Shown: one piece after another, positions 27,407 to 40,564 of the stretch
Position numbering within the stretch: position 1 is the stretch's first letter
Layout of the letters: each line of letters begins with the position of its first letter
From: Acanthaster planci
Taxonomy: Eukaryota
Assembly: GCF_001949145.1 (NCBI RefSeq)
Contig: NW_019091362.1
Coordinates: 1,805,838 to 1,869,837, forward strand
DNA: 64,000 bases
Direction of reading: 5' to 3'
Position numbers and translations under genes: made by a program
Notes under the pieces: generated by a model
What the model was told of the DNA's origin: nothing
Seen by the model: the letters and a program-made list of their open reading frames with translations, nothing else
Databases searched by the model: none

Positions 27407-28210
27407 CTAAAATCAAAGAAAAGAAAAAAATAATTCATTAAGAATCATGTAAACACCTGACATAATTACTAGCCAACATGGCTCGACGTGACTGAAAACA
27501 TTTAACATGCATGTACTACAAAATACAGAGAACTGAAAAGTGGATGGCATTGTACCACAAAATCCAAATTTCTCGGCTGAGAATCTTACATGTAACTTTA
27601 CCCTCTTCATTTTTAAACGCAAAGACACAAGACAAAAATTGGCATCTTGAGTGTCATTTCAGCAAGATTTGTAACATGTTTCTGACCGTATCACCATCTT
27701 TGCCATGGACCCAAAATTTAACAGCTACGGCACACGCCCGAGTCAGGGTACCACACATGGCCAGCATCCGCTGACTCTTTGGCCCTTGTGTGTGTGTATG
27801 AGACCAATGGTTACACTTAATTGTTGAGGGTTATGCCTAAGTGTAAGGACTCTTGTGGACATTGGCCACAACTTCAGGCCGGACATGATTGTGTAAATTT
27901 CAAATTGCAGAGAAAATCATTGTAGGACTTTATGTTCTGATGTGCCTCGTTTCGGTTATTTGACCTAACTGTGCAATAAGTTAAACTTCAAGTCTTTTTC
28001 CCATCTAAGCGGGCATGTATCTTCAAACACTTTGATGTTATGAAGCAAAACCAACTCCTCACACATAGCTAACTATTCCAGTATTAAACTGTCATGCTTC
28101 AAATGAACGTGTCGGGCACATAGTCTGTTTTTAATTGGCCATGATACTGCCCCGACAGACCAAAACTATATAACCCATAAAGTAAGGAGGAAAACGTCTC
28201 TACATTTCAC

Positions 28211-28450
28211 CTTCGACTGTAATGGTGAATGAACATGTCTTGTCGTTTAATGCAGAATCTGAGGCAGAACAGATGACATCAGTTTCGCCAACTCCCAATG
28301 TTGTGCCCGACTTAGGATTGCAGTCAACATTTACGCTGGAGTCCACGTTATCAGTTGCACTCGCCACAAAGGATACCTCAGCAGTGGCTTCGCCCGGCTT
28401 AAGGATCTCTATCATTGGATCTGGACAGGAAAGTTCCGGGGGTTCATCAT
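28211..28450 (-). CDS. HYR exon E22 (A-like)
   Basis: cag|...|gtgaa, 240 nt, DDEPPELSCP...CSFTITVE. Confidence 0.92.
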
Positions 28451-29425
28451 CTGAAAAAAACAGAAAAATAATGAGCAAAACAATAAAAGCACCTCTTTGT
28501 CCATGCACACACTTTCCAGGCTGGTTCATGTTTCCGGGGAACACAAAAGCAAAGTGATATTTAACTCAAACAAAACATTTGCAGCGACATTCAAAACACA
28601 CGCATTTAATCTCACATCACAAAATTACAATTCTGATCACTGTTGTGCCAAGCACTAACTGGTCTGAAGTCAAATTTCCCCCAAATTGCTCCAAAGGTGC
28701 ATTCAACAGTGCAATACCATGCATAGGTATGCATACAGGGCAGCCGTTGAAAATACACATGCAGTAATATATGCGAGCAGGCACACTGTACTTTTGAATG
28801 TGCTCCCGATTTGACACGTCAATTCATTGCAATTCAACACAGGGATACATTCTCGAGGACAGTGGGCACTCATCAACGCTGAACTTTTCAATGGACCACG
28901 ATGGGAAGGTTTGATGCTGAGGAAAAAAAGGGTTTCGTGGGAGCCAGTCCTGTTGCATCAGAGCATCTGGGTGTCTGAGGTATTTCCAACCTCCCCAGTC
29001 AGACAAAATACAGACCCCAAAAAATAAACAAGATTTCTTGTGCACTTCAAAAGGTGTCTTGAAGCCCTCTTGAAGTCTCTGAATGAGAATATCTTCAACT
29101 GAGCTTGAATAAGTCAGTCAAGTGGATGCTAACATGCTGTGGGAGGCAGCAACAGGGATTGGAGCAGGTGCTACAAATACCCTCTGGCCATAGCAAGTTC
29201 TGGTGCTTGGGCATTGGGAAAAGTATGAAGTGAAAGGGGGTCAGAGGCTGATGAATGGCGTTGAGACTTTTGAAATGCTGTGTTCGGTGAGATATAAAAG
29301 TGCGCGTCCCTTTCTGACTTTATATTTAAACTGAATATGCTGAAGGCCGGGAAGAAGGGATGATAGCATTCTTTCACCACAAAAGATGGCAATCATCCAT
29401 GGGGGTCTGTTTCACTTCTCCGTAC

Positions 29426-29668
29426 CTGTGACTCTTATGGTGAAGTCGCACGACCCCTCATTGCCGGAACTGTCACTGGACTTGCAATTGACGTAGTTCA
29501 GTCCCAGTTGGAACTCCGAGCCCGACTCTGGATTGCAAGAAGCGGTGAGGTTCTGGTCCAGGTTGTCCGTGACCGCTGGTGTGGTGTACCTGACTGTTGC
29601 TTCTGCCTTTCCAGTATCCGTGGATTTCTTCATGGGGTCAGGACAAGTGAGGTCCGGCTCCTCATCAT
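29426..29668 (-). CDS. HYR exon E23
   Basis: cag|...|gtacg, 243 nt, DDEEPDLTCP...CDFTIRVT. Confidence 0.92.
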
Positions 29669-30119
29669 CTGAATGGATCAAAGTGAACAAGAAAGTGGAG
29701 TCAAACCACGGCAACAGAGCAGACACCACAAGACACTTTCAGCTTGTTTGATCACTCCCCCTGTGCTTACTTGGGGTATAAAGCATGATGGCATTCAATA
29801 TGACACTCGTGTGACTTTTCACACTGTGTGTGAAAAGTGTGTGAGACTGTGTACTCTTGCATGCAGTGCATGGGCAACTCTCCCCAACTGAACAGGCATG
29901 AAATAAGCATGACTTATTGAATAAGTTCTACGTATCTCTCTACACTGGAGACAACGGCTACTACAATGAAGAATTGGCTGTGTCAATAATCTCAAAATTA
30001 TGAATGGTGTAATAATCTAAGGTGTATTCTGTTACTGCTACAGCTTGTGAACCATTTGGGGGCAGGACCAATGATTTGATACTTTGCAAAATTAGGCAGG
30101 GAGGTAATCAGGGTAGAAC

Positions 30120-31440
30120 AGCACTTGAAAGACTAAGTTGGAATAGTGACGATGTGCCAGACGATTGGGAGCTGGCCAAAGTCAACCCTATTTGTAACGG
30201 TGGCTCTGTTCAAGATTGTAATCAATATCAGCCAATCTCTGTCATTTCTGTTGTTATGAAGGTCTTTGAATGGATTGTTTATAACCAGCTGTCTGATTTC
30301 TTGTTGTTAACAACTGTTTTGTGCAGCAACAGTCTGGTTTTAGACCTTTCCATTCAACGAATACTGCATTGATTGACGTTGCAGATTTTTCGTTAAATGC
30401 CGCAGGGAAGTTGACTGGAGCTTGTTTTTTCTCGACTCAAGTAAGGCTTTTGACACAGTCAACCACACAATCCTACTTAAAGGCTGCATTCTTGTGGTTG
30501 GAGTGGAACTCCAACTGGTTCAGCTGTCACCTTTATTTCAGAAATCAAGATATTAAAATTGAAATGTCATGTCTGATTCACACATAGTTTAATTTGGTGT
30601 TCCTTTGGGTCCATTGCTTTTTATTCATGTTAATGACTTGCCTATGGTGATTGAGCATTCTATAGTTGCCCTTTATGCTGATGATACGGTTATTTTTACT
30701 CTGCTAAGGACAACAGGGATATTAAGGATTGTTTAAATGATGATATGGGCAGAATAATGACTTGGCTTGAAAGAAACAGCTTATGTCTTAATATAGCTAA
30801 GTGCAAAACCATCTTGTTTAGCTCTTTCCAAAAGCTAGCTGGATGTCAAAGGACCAACACTGACATATTTCTTGTTGGCAGCAGCCTAGAACAAGTTTCT
30901 TGTATAAAATAACTTGGTGTGATTCTTGATTCCAAACTTCAATGGACTGATCTTTTGGAATATACTGAGTCTTCTGTCTCAAAAGAATTTGGATCTCATT
31001 GCCGGTTTGAAACTTCTTGCTTGTTTGGGCACTTAACCTCCTCGTCAATCTCGATGTGATGTTAAACTGGGCTGGATGCGTTTTTTTGAAGGTTCCCCCA
31101 AGAACATCAAGTTTAGACATTTATAACAAATAGGGATGGGATAGCTTACAGGTTAGACGTGAAAACCATCTTAAAATAATGGTGTATAAATGTTTAAGTG
31201 GCATAGCTCTGGCTTACCTTTATAGTAAGTTTTCTTATGTCAGTGATCAACATTCCTACCAAACTAGACAGTGTGTATCAGGGAATCTTTGCCTCCCTTC
31301 TCCCAGAACAGAATTTGGTAAGAAAACATTTCAATTCCAGGGAGTTTGATCTTGGAACAAACTGCATTTGCCATTGAAGGAGCCTCTTTCAACAAGTTTA
31401 AACATCTTTAAGAAGCTTCTTTTCCAACATCTGTACACAT
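30120..31440 (+). mobile_element. Decayed, 5'-truncated non-LTR retrotransposon (L2/CR1/Crack group RT), antisense to host gene
   Basis: Frameshifted RT motifs VPDDWELAKVNPI, YQPISVISVVMKVFE, QSGFRPFHST, KAFDTVNH, LGPLLF, LYADDT (30671-30688); C-terminal TRQ..NL.LP.PRTEFGKKTF..WNKL. Confidence 0.9.
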
Positions 31441-32936
31441 AACTGCTTACTGTTTCTCTGTACTGTTATTGGTAGTCCTTCTGAAACTGTCTGTCTTTTA
31501 AATTTTCTACATTTTTAATGAAATATCTTCTGTACAGATTTGTAATTATTTCTGATGATTTTAATAACTGTCTATAGTTAATTTAAATCTTTGCCACAGC
31601 AGAGCAATATACTTATGTTCCATTTTCATGAAAAGTTGGGGAATTGCACCACCTTTTAATATTAAATTTCTTGGACGAAGACAAAAGTAGCTTTTACGAC
31701 GGCTGTTCTTATCCAATATAACAGCAGTAACTGAACAGTCGAATAACCTCCACCTGCCATTTTGAAAGCTTTTTTGTTTTTTCTTCATTAGAACTGGACA
31801 GAAACTTTCACAGTTCTCTCATGGCCATACAAGTTTGTCATTTGTGTCCTCAACAAAGTGGTACATTTATTGTATATAACTTGTTAAGTTCAGCAATGAT
31901 GAAACTTATAACCAAACAAGATAAGCTGGTCAAATTGATCATTTTTGCTTTGTTAGGCGCAACTTACCCCACCTAAAATGACAGTGTAAGTTATGTCATA
32001 AGTTGTGTGTGTAAGTTGCTGACTTACACAGTGAGTATGTTTTGTGAAATCGGTTGTTGACCAACTTATACAATAAAATGTGGCGTAAGTGGAGTTACGC
32101 TATTGCGATAAATCAGCTGCAGATGGGCTGGGAATTTCTTTGACAGTTTTGGACCAAAAAAAGAGGGAACTCTCAAAAGCAGTAAAACTGCACGGCAAAA
32201 AGCAATTGGGGGGGGGGAAGAGAGAAATCTCTTTGTGTCTTTTCCTTCGTACTGTTCTTTTTCCAAAATTGAGGGGGCTACCTTTTCGTTTCCCAGGGCT
32301 CTTTTTCCACTTTCCAGGGCAACACTTTCAACGGTTATTTTAACAAAAACCCAGCCTACAGGATAATTAATACAAAAGTTCTGTCTCCGGCTTATATAAC
32401 TTTTCACATTAAACATTTAAATGCTGCTATCAGAACCCCACCTTTTGATCTGGGTTATAAAAAAGCATTCCATCAGTCATACAACAAAAAAACTAGATTT
32501 AGTGCCGTAAAGTACATGTACACTGTACATATGTACATGGCCAGTCTCGCGCTGCATGCATATAGTCTGGTTAATCCACTCTATCAACTGAACGTGATCT
32601 TCGCGTGATGTGATCGAGGCAGTAGCCAGACAAATACAGGTTCTATCACAGGGCATCGATTGACTGATGTATTAAAATGCACTAAAGATAGAAGGTTTCT
32701 CATTCCTGAATTCTGAAACTGCTTTCAAATTTTTACGAAGCAAGCTTTTGAAGTTTTTGAACCATGCGCTGCAATGATGTTCTCAGCCGTCATTGGAAGG
32801 GTATGTTATGACAATCCAAATAAAAGCCAGTAAAATTTCTTCATATTGATCTTTCAATTTACGGGGGCGACTTGTATTTTTCCTGTTGACCCCGAATGCA
32901 CAATTTTGGGGGCTCTTTTTTTTCACTGCTTTGTAC

Positions 32937-33179
32937 CTGTCACAGTGATGGTGAATGGGCATGACTTGCTGTTGCTATAGATATCAGTTGCTGTACAGGT
33001 AACCAGGTTCTCTCCGATGAAGAACTTGGAGCCTGAGGTAGGTTTGCAGATCACAGTCACTTTCGTATCAGAATTGTCCTGTCCCAGCGGCGTGGCGTAG
33101 GTCACATAGGTGAATTTCTGTTTCGGATTGGCCGATTTGGACTTATCAGCCGGGCAGTCCAGGCTCGGAGGTTCGTTAT
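32937..33179 (-). CDS. HYR exon E24
   Basis: cag|...|gtaca, 243 nt, DNEPPSLDCP...CPFTITVT. Confidence 0.92.
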
Positions 33180-33615
33180 CTGAAAATGTGGTCAAATCGT
33201 CAAAGGAACTTCAAACTCTTTGTGATAAATACAGCAGATCTGCACTGAAATACCACCTCTTGTGCACGTACATCAATGCAAAATAGGCATCTATCAGACT
33301 ATTGATGCAACTTGCAACATGAGATTGAAATGTATCTTGCTAAAATTTGAAAACCTCACATGCCATTTACCATCACACTTCCTCCTCTGTTTCGCACACA
33401 AGCACATTGATATGCTGCACACACAAATTACTTGTAATGACTCCAGGTGTTCATAGCGGAAAATCCTTTCTTAAATATGAGCAATTTCAGAGGTGAAAAG
33501 CCAAGAACTTCAGGAAAAAATACACAGACTGACAATCAACTCACAACCACTGAGGCACATGCACTGAATGTTAAACTTTACAAAAAGGCACTTCATTATC
33601 AAAATGACAACATAC

Positions 33616-33858
33616 CGACAATATCGACGTAGAACGTGCAGGGTTTCATATTACTGGCAGAGTCAGTCGCAGTACATGTGACACCCGAATGTCCGATATT
33701 AAACTGAGTGTTGGATTTCGGCTGGCAGTCGACAGTTGGATTGGGGTCTGCATTGTCCTTGGCAGTTGGCTCATCGTAGGCAATAGTGCCGTATGGTTGG
33801 CCCGGATCCACAAAATCAACGGTGTTGTTTGGACAGGTTAGTTCCGGCGCCTCATTAT
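33616..33858 (-). CDS. HYR exon E25
   Basis: cag|...|gtatg, 243 nt, DNEAPELTCP...CTFYVDIV. Confidence 0.92.
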
Positions 33859-34046
33859 CTGGAAAGCGGTCATAGAAATCATTGAGGAAAGCCCTTTTGG
33901 TAATCAGGGTGCATTTTGCATGCTGTTATGATTTTTTCCAAGACCTCGTTACCTTTAGCCAAATCCTGGCATTTTGGGACACAAAATAAGTCAAATATTT
34001 GGGCTACAGGCTGTGAATGTGCAATTAAAACAAACATGATGCACAT

Positions 34047-34428
34047 CTTTTGTTTTTTGCCCTGTCTGACATGTATTGTAACACTGTATACTCAGAGTTT
34101 CCCTGGAGGCTTGTGAAAAAAGCCCACAAGTATAAAGTGGGACTTAAACCCACGACTTCCTGCTTGCTGGTGCAGACGTCTTAACCAATCGACCTCTGGA
34201 CTTGCCGGTGTCGGCTGGCTAAGAGTCAGATGTAGCAGTGGGTACTGCAAACAACAATTTCTAAGGATGGATTTGGGTTGGGGAGGTGTTAATTTAATTT
34301 TGGATTTTTGTTGGGCAGGCCTGATGTGTATTGTAACACTGTACAATACATGTATACAATACATGTTGGGCAGGGGGACAAAAAATCCAAAATTAAATTA
34401 ACATCTCCCCAACACAAATCCATCCTTA
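34047..34428. repeat. tRNA-containing ~255-bp unit, fold-back copy 1
   Basis: One unit in minus orientation plus the start of a second, then an inversion; arms ~34262-34310 and ~34379-34428. Confidence 0.75.
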
Positions 34429-35626
34429 CAAAATGATGAAAATCATTCACAACAAAGCATTCAGCATTGAGTTGAAACATTCTTTCCATTGATGAAAACT
34501 CACTTAGAAATCTTTGAGACTTTTCAAAGACCAAGTCAAGATAACCTGTCCATGATTTCAACGGTTGATCTTTTAATTGCTATTTAAAGAGGAAGTTGAG
34601 CTTTTTCTAATTTCAACATAAGGGAACTGTGACTCAATCTTAATGCATGTTTGACTAACACAAATGCACCAGCCTATGACATAAACATTTGTCAGACGTC
34701 TTTTAGGGAAAAGATCTTGGCTACAGAACTGAAGTTCTGAAAATTCCAACTGTCAGCAGCATTGGCAGACGGTTATTACCTTTGCCTTTACCTTTCACAG
34801 TTATGGTGTCAGAAAAAAAAGAAAGAATTATCTTGTCACGGATGTGTAATACTCCCCCCCCTACAAGCACATTTTGGTATATACCTTCCCACTGAGCTAA
34901 CCATACTCTTTTTCTGCTTTGATTTCTTAACATTCATTCAGTCCATCACCAATCACAAATGCTGCTTTCAATGGGTATCGGTCTCCAGGCTATTCAAATT
35001 ATGGTTGGAGACCAGGAAAAACACATCTGTTTAAATGTCTTTCCTTTTCCTGTTTTTTTTTTCCAGAATAGGCTACTCCAAAGCCAATTTACAGTGACCT
35101 CGTTCGAATTACTGGCCCTAACAACCACTCCGAGGGTCACATTTTTATGAATGGAACCACATCAAAAGTTTTAGTGCTTAGGTTTTACGACAGATCTCAG
35201 TTGTGCTTGAAGTGATAATGTGTGACGGAATGTTGTTTCCTGAATCAATGCATTCACTCATAAAACTTTTGTGCCATTTGTTGCTTTTTTTCTTTTCAGC
35301 AGGGGAGTTCAGTTTAGATAACTAATTTCACTCAAGGTTGGGGTCACGTTTCTTCCTTAACACCTCTCACCTCTGTGTCTCGGGCTCTATTTCTCAACCT
35401 GCCCCAATGTGGATGGGGTTCTCACTCCCTACCTGATGCCATGAGGTTTTTGCCCTGAAAACTTTTGTGGAATGCCTGGTTTCATTACTAAAACATAAAT
35501 AATAATACTAAAGATGCCCCCCCAAAAAGAAAAGAAATAAAAAAAAAACTTAATGCTACCCACAGACACCTAAGTACTAAGCAAAACTATATGTAAAGGA
35601 ATAGAGATTTCATTCCTGGACCATAC

Positions 35627-35872
35627 CTGTGACAATGACACTGAACTGGCAGTCATTCACGTTATTAGCACTGTCGGTGGCAGTGCAAGTGATAGTGGTG
35701 GAGCCAGTGGAGAACTGAGTGTTGGAAGAAGGGTTGCAACTAACCGATGGACTGGGGTCTACATTGTCACTCACATCTGGAAGGGCATAATCCACGGTGG
35801 CAGTGGCCTTGCCTTTGTCGGTGAACTTATAGATGTTATTGACCCTGCACTGCATGCTAGGTGGTTCAGTAT
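35627..35872 (-). CDS. HYR exon E26
   Basis: cag|...|gtatg, 246 nt, DTEPPSMQCR...CQFSVIVT. Confidence 0.92.
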
Positions 35873-37026
35873 CTGAAGAATATGCAAATAAGGAGTGCTA
35901 TTAGCATATAGACAGCGCTTCCAGACTTGAGTCTTAAAAAGTACAGCCTACACCCCATAGCTTATGTGGTTTTTCAGATTTCAATTACGCTCTAACGTAG
36001 TAGCTGTAGTTTATTCATGTATGCATGTAGTGGACAACTATAGCTGTACATATCTCTGTGATGTGAGGAATGAACGACAAGATCTCGTGAGTCATGGGTA
36101 CACTACAGAGATTATGGTAGAGACTGTGAGTCCAGGTGCTGAAAATTACTCCTGTAACATCCAGGTTTCACTTCCGTTTTTCAGTTTCCCCCGGAGGGGC
36201 TAGGGTAGGCGCAGAACAAACTGCTTCATATTCATCCCAATATTGAAAGATTTCAATGAAGGAATTTGTGTTCCCACGGGTGGTATTATGTATGCAATAA
36301 GGTCAGTTTCATTCCGCTGACTTTTCTATCTCTCCTTTTATCCGAACGGAGCAGTATCGACAGGTTATTGGTTAAAGTCTTCTTGAAACAACACAGACGT
36401 TAATATGGCCCAGAGTTCACCATAGTTTGTGGTTGAAGAGTTATGAGTCATTTTACTGTGTGCGTACGTAGTGACACCATACAACGCTGGCTGATGTGAA
36501 GTCAAACAGTGAGTGTATATTGCGGTTACATTGTTATATCCCATGATCATTCTGTGCAGATTCAAAGAGAAAAGCATTCATGACAGAGGTGTATGACAGT
36601 CCCTGTTGCCTGTGATTGGCTTGAATGCCTCCATTTTCCTTTTCCATGCCACAATATGACTCAAACAAGCATCAGACGGGCCATCATAATTTGATGCAAA
36701 TGAAACAATTGAAATTTCACCTGTACTTGGGAGAACAGGCTCTTTGTGCTTTATACTGATACTGGTATAACTAAAGATACTCATTCCCCGGCTCTTTTAG
36801 GCATAAAGCAAGCCGCTCGGAGCGGAAACGAGACAGAGTGTATTTTTACATGGCAAAAATGGTCCTCTGGTAGGAACTCACTGCACTAACCTTACATAAC
36901 TAGTGTGGACTTGTGAACAAAAGATGTCCACAGGATGCAGGAAAGGAAGACCTTCTGTGGACTTACACATGTCCACAGGACATTTCCCCTTCTCTGAAAA
37001 AGAAGCTTAGAGGCATTTTGGGCATT

Positions 37027-37306
37027 TGCTGCATATCTTAATAATTGAAAGAATGTTTGAAAAACTGGAAAACAATTTAAATTTTTGGGTTTAAAATACC
37101 CTTTTTTACGTTTGGAAATGTAACGTACACAGACATTCTTGATTAACATGAAGCATATCACGAAATGAAATCATGTTAATCAAGAATGTCTGTGTACGCT
37201 ACATTTCCAAATGTAAAAAAGGGTATTTTAAACTCAAAAATTTAAATTGTTTTCCAGTTTTTCAAACATGCTGCATATCTTAATAATTGAAACAATGTTT
37301 GAAAAA
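37027..37306. repeat. Inverted repeat (99-bp arms, 19-bp spacer) bracketed by a 38-bp direct repeat
   Basis: Arms 37053-37151 and 37171-37269; direct repeat TGCTGCATATCTTAATAATTGAAA(G/C)AATGTTTGAAAAA at 37027 and 37269. Confidence 0.9.
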
Positions 37307-38487
37307 GGTTACCATGTTACGTTTGCGACTTGTCCTTTGTTAGTTTAATCAATTCCAATTTTGGCTCTCTGTCAACCAGTTGGCTTTGATTTATGTGCAC
37401 ATGTGTGCACATTCATATACATGTACTGTACATGCACATGTGCTCCATTAACGCACGAACATGTAAACATATAAGTGTACATGCACTGCTACAGACAAAT
37501 TATTCACATGCAAAATATTCAATTTGCAATCATTTGAAAATACTACCAATGTCCAATGTTTTTATCGGGTCTTAATACACACGGCTCTTTATTTGGTTTG
37601 TTTGGATAAACTGGAGAAGTTGTTTAAAATGGGAAAGACAGTGGACATACTTTCTTTCAAATCTGATTGTGTTTATTTAAAAAAAAAATCACTTTTTCAG
37701 AATTTGTTTCAAATTTTGTGCAGCTGGTTCGTTTGACTACTGTGGTTTAATAATTTCTGATCAATTCTTAGTTATCAGGTTATCTTTGTTTGTGTTTTGC
37801 TAAAAATAAATAATGGCCTCTGTCCGTGGAAATAAGTGTCGAAACGATGTCCGACGTTGCCTGCCTCAAAATCCACAGTAAAGTGATTGAGTGTGTATGT
37901 GCTAACTCTCAACCGAGTGGTGCACAAGGACATGGGAGTGAACATACATGGGGTGCTGTGCTCCTTGCATGGTTAAACCATATAGCTCCACAAACAGACA
38001 TCATGCATTTTACAACGTTTTTCTTAAATATTTTCTTCCTCGTGACCCAAATTATTGTAAATCTGTTGTACACAATACATGATTGTCGGTCCACAGAGCA
38101 CTGTGATTGGCCAGCAATGCCCATAAGGATCCAGGAAACTGGAAGATGCAATTCCCTGGTGAATTTCATGCAGTCACAAATTAAAATGAATGACTGCTGG
38201 AATCTGAATGCGTTTCTGTCAACTGGCAGTCATGCCCTTTTTCGTACTCACACATATTATATTGGCTTTAGTGCCCTCATCACTGGCCGTCGTACCCTAA
38301 AAAAAACTGGCTTCTCTAAGGACAAGGTGGGCTTGTCCTTCAAATGATGAAATTCCTTCCCTGGAAACTTCCTACCATCCTGTTTCTTCTCTACTATTGA
38401 GAGCACACTTCAACTCCTTGAGGATGGCAGGATCTGGATCTGATCGCTGACCAACAATAAACAATTCCAAAAAAATTAGATTCCTAC

Positions 38488-38730
38488 CTCCTACGGTAAC
38501 CTTGAAGGTGCAGCTGTTTGTGTTGTCACTGCTGTCGGTGGCAGTGCACGTAACTGTCTTGGATCCAACTTGAAACTGTTCAAACTGTCCAACGGAACAC
38601 GTAACTTCTGGACTGGGATCAAAGTTGTCCACTACTATGGGCTCGGTGTACAGAATTGTAGCATACTTTTCGCCCGGGTCTGTTGACGGTGCCATGTTCA
38701 TCGGACATGTTATCTTTGGCTTTTCCTCAT
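38488..38730 (-). CDS. HYR exon E27
   Basis: cag|...|gtagg, 243 nt, DEEKPKITCP...CTFKVTVG. Confidence 0.92.
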
Positions 38731-39243
38731 CTGCAAAATAAAAAAAACAAAAGTATCCATCATGCCAAAACATCTGTCTATATGCTGTGACCCATCCTTG
38801 ATGAGGTAGAGATGATTAATTTTGCCATGCACCGTTCAGTTCACATAACTCAAAAAAGATGTCAAACAGCCTTCAAACATAGAAGAAGAGTACAGAGATA
38901 CACAGAAAGTGATTTTACGAAAAATTCATTTCCTTGATCCTTTAAGTTGGAGAAATGACTCAACAGTGGAGATCATTTGATTTGAATCCCATTCAGCCAA
39001 TTAACCTCTATTTATTTGTCATTTTTCCTTCATGCAATTAAAGCCCAAAACAGACAGAAATATACCTTAGGGGTTTTACAGCCCCAGTCAGTTTCCAGTG
39101 AAGTTTATCAACACTCGTTATAAGCACCGTTAAGACCACCTCGAGAGCTAACAGCGAGATTGTTACAGGTTAACATCATTAAAACAGGCAGCACATTTTA
39201 CGGTTAAAAAAAGCAAAAATATGGCACAACTGGAGCCTCTTAC

Positions 39244-39489
39244 CTTTCACCTCTACTGTGAACATGCAACTGTTTGCGTTTTCTGCGTAATCAATGGCAA
39301 TACAAGTGACTGGGAACAGTCCCAATTCATAGATTTCAGAGTCTGGAGGAACGTTGCAAGAGACTTCGGGCTGGGGATCCACATTATCTGTTGCTGTCGG
39401 TTTGGTGTATTTAATGGTGGCATACGGCTTTCCCTCGTCCAAGGATTTCGTCATGTTAACGGGACATGTAAGCTTTGGTGGCTGCTCAT
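39244..39489 (-). CDS. HYR exon E28
   Basis: cag|...|gtaag, 246 nt, DEQPPKLTCP...CMFTVEVK. Confidence 0.92.
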
Positions 39490-39775
39490 CTGAAAGTTAT
39501 GAAGTTTATTAAGTTATCAATATCTGACACATTCAAGCACAGTTTAAAAGATGCAAACAATACCAAGGATAAATTAATAACATATTCTCTCCCAGAGAAT
39601 TTCAAGTGCCAAATCCCTTTTGCCAATGTTCTTTTGTAAAACATACATAAATGTTCAACCCACCAAAATGTTTTATAAAACAATTTCACTTACTCCTGAT
39701 TATGGGTTTTGCAAGAAAGTAGCCAAACTAAAAGGCCTCTCTAACAAAATTCTGGAGAACAAATCTGCTCCATAC

Positions 39776-40018
39776 CTGTAACTACAACAGGGAATGTACA
39801 CGATGCCTCGTTGCCAGCATCGTCTCGGGCAGTACATGTGACATGGTTGTCCTCAATATAGAATTTCGAGCCTGACGATTTCTGACAGGTTACTGTCAGA
39901 TCATCATCAACGTAATCCTTGACAGTGAATTCAGGGTAGATCACAGTTGCGTAGTCTTGGTCCCGGTCTGTTGGCTGGTCGATACGATCTGGACACGTGA
40001 TCTCTGGCTTCTCGTCGT
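39776..40018 (-). CDS. HYR exon E29
   Basis: cag|...|gtatg, 243 nt, DDEKPEITCP...CTFPVVVT. Confidence 0.92.
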
Positions 40019-40564
40019 CTGAAAAATTAAATGTGAACTGACAGGTAAAGTTCAGCCAGTACAATTTAAATGTTTAGGTGACATTTGAGTTTTTTGGTCA
40101 AGAATGGAGATAAAAGGAACTATTCCTGTTACTGCAGTGCTGCTTAACAAAAATGGCACTAACTGCAGTGACTTCTCCCAAAAGAACCCTGTGGGTACAG
40201 GGAAGCTCTTCATATCTAATGGAGTAACAGAAGAAAAAGTTCAGTATTAAATAAAAAGATTACTCAAATGCATACTCGGGCAAAAAGTTGTGGGCCATAT
40301 GGCAATATGCAACGGGTGCAAAAGTCAGGTGCATTTTGCTGCACTGGGCAGTCAACAGCAGCCAAACGAACTGGTCACGTTAAGGCAATACAAGGCCATG
40401 TTCGATCAAGGCCCACTAGTTAACTAGTGATTGGTTCGTGACATACCTAGCGCATGTGCAGTGAAGTTGAAGTGTAAACAACCCTAGTCAACTGTTGTCA
40501 GGTCATTAGGGCGAAGGGGAGAAAAGGTGGTTGCAGGAAGGGAAAAATAGCAAAAATAAAAGTG

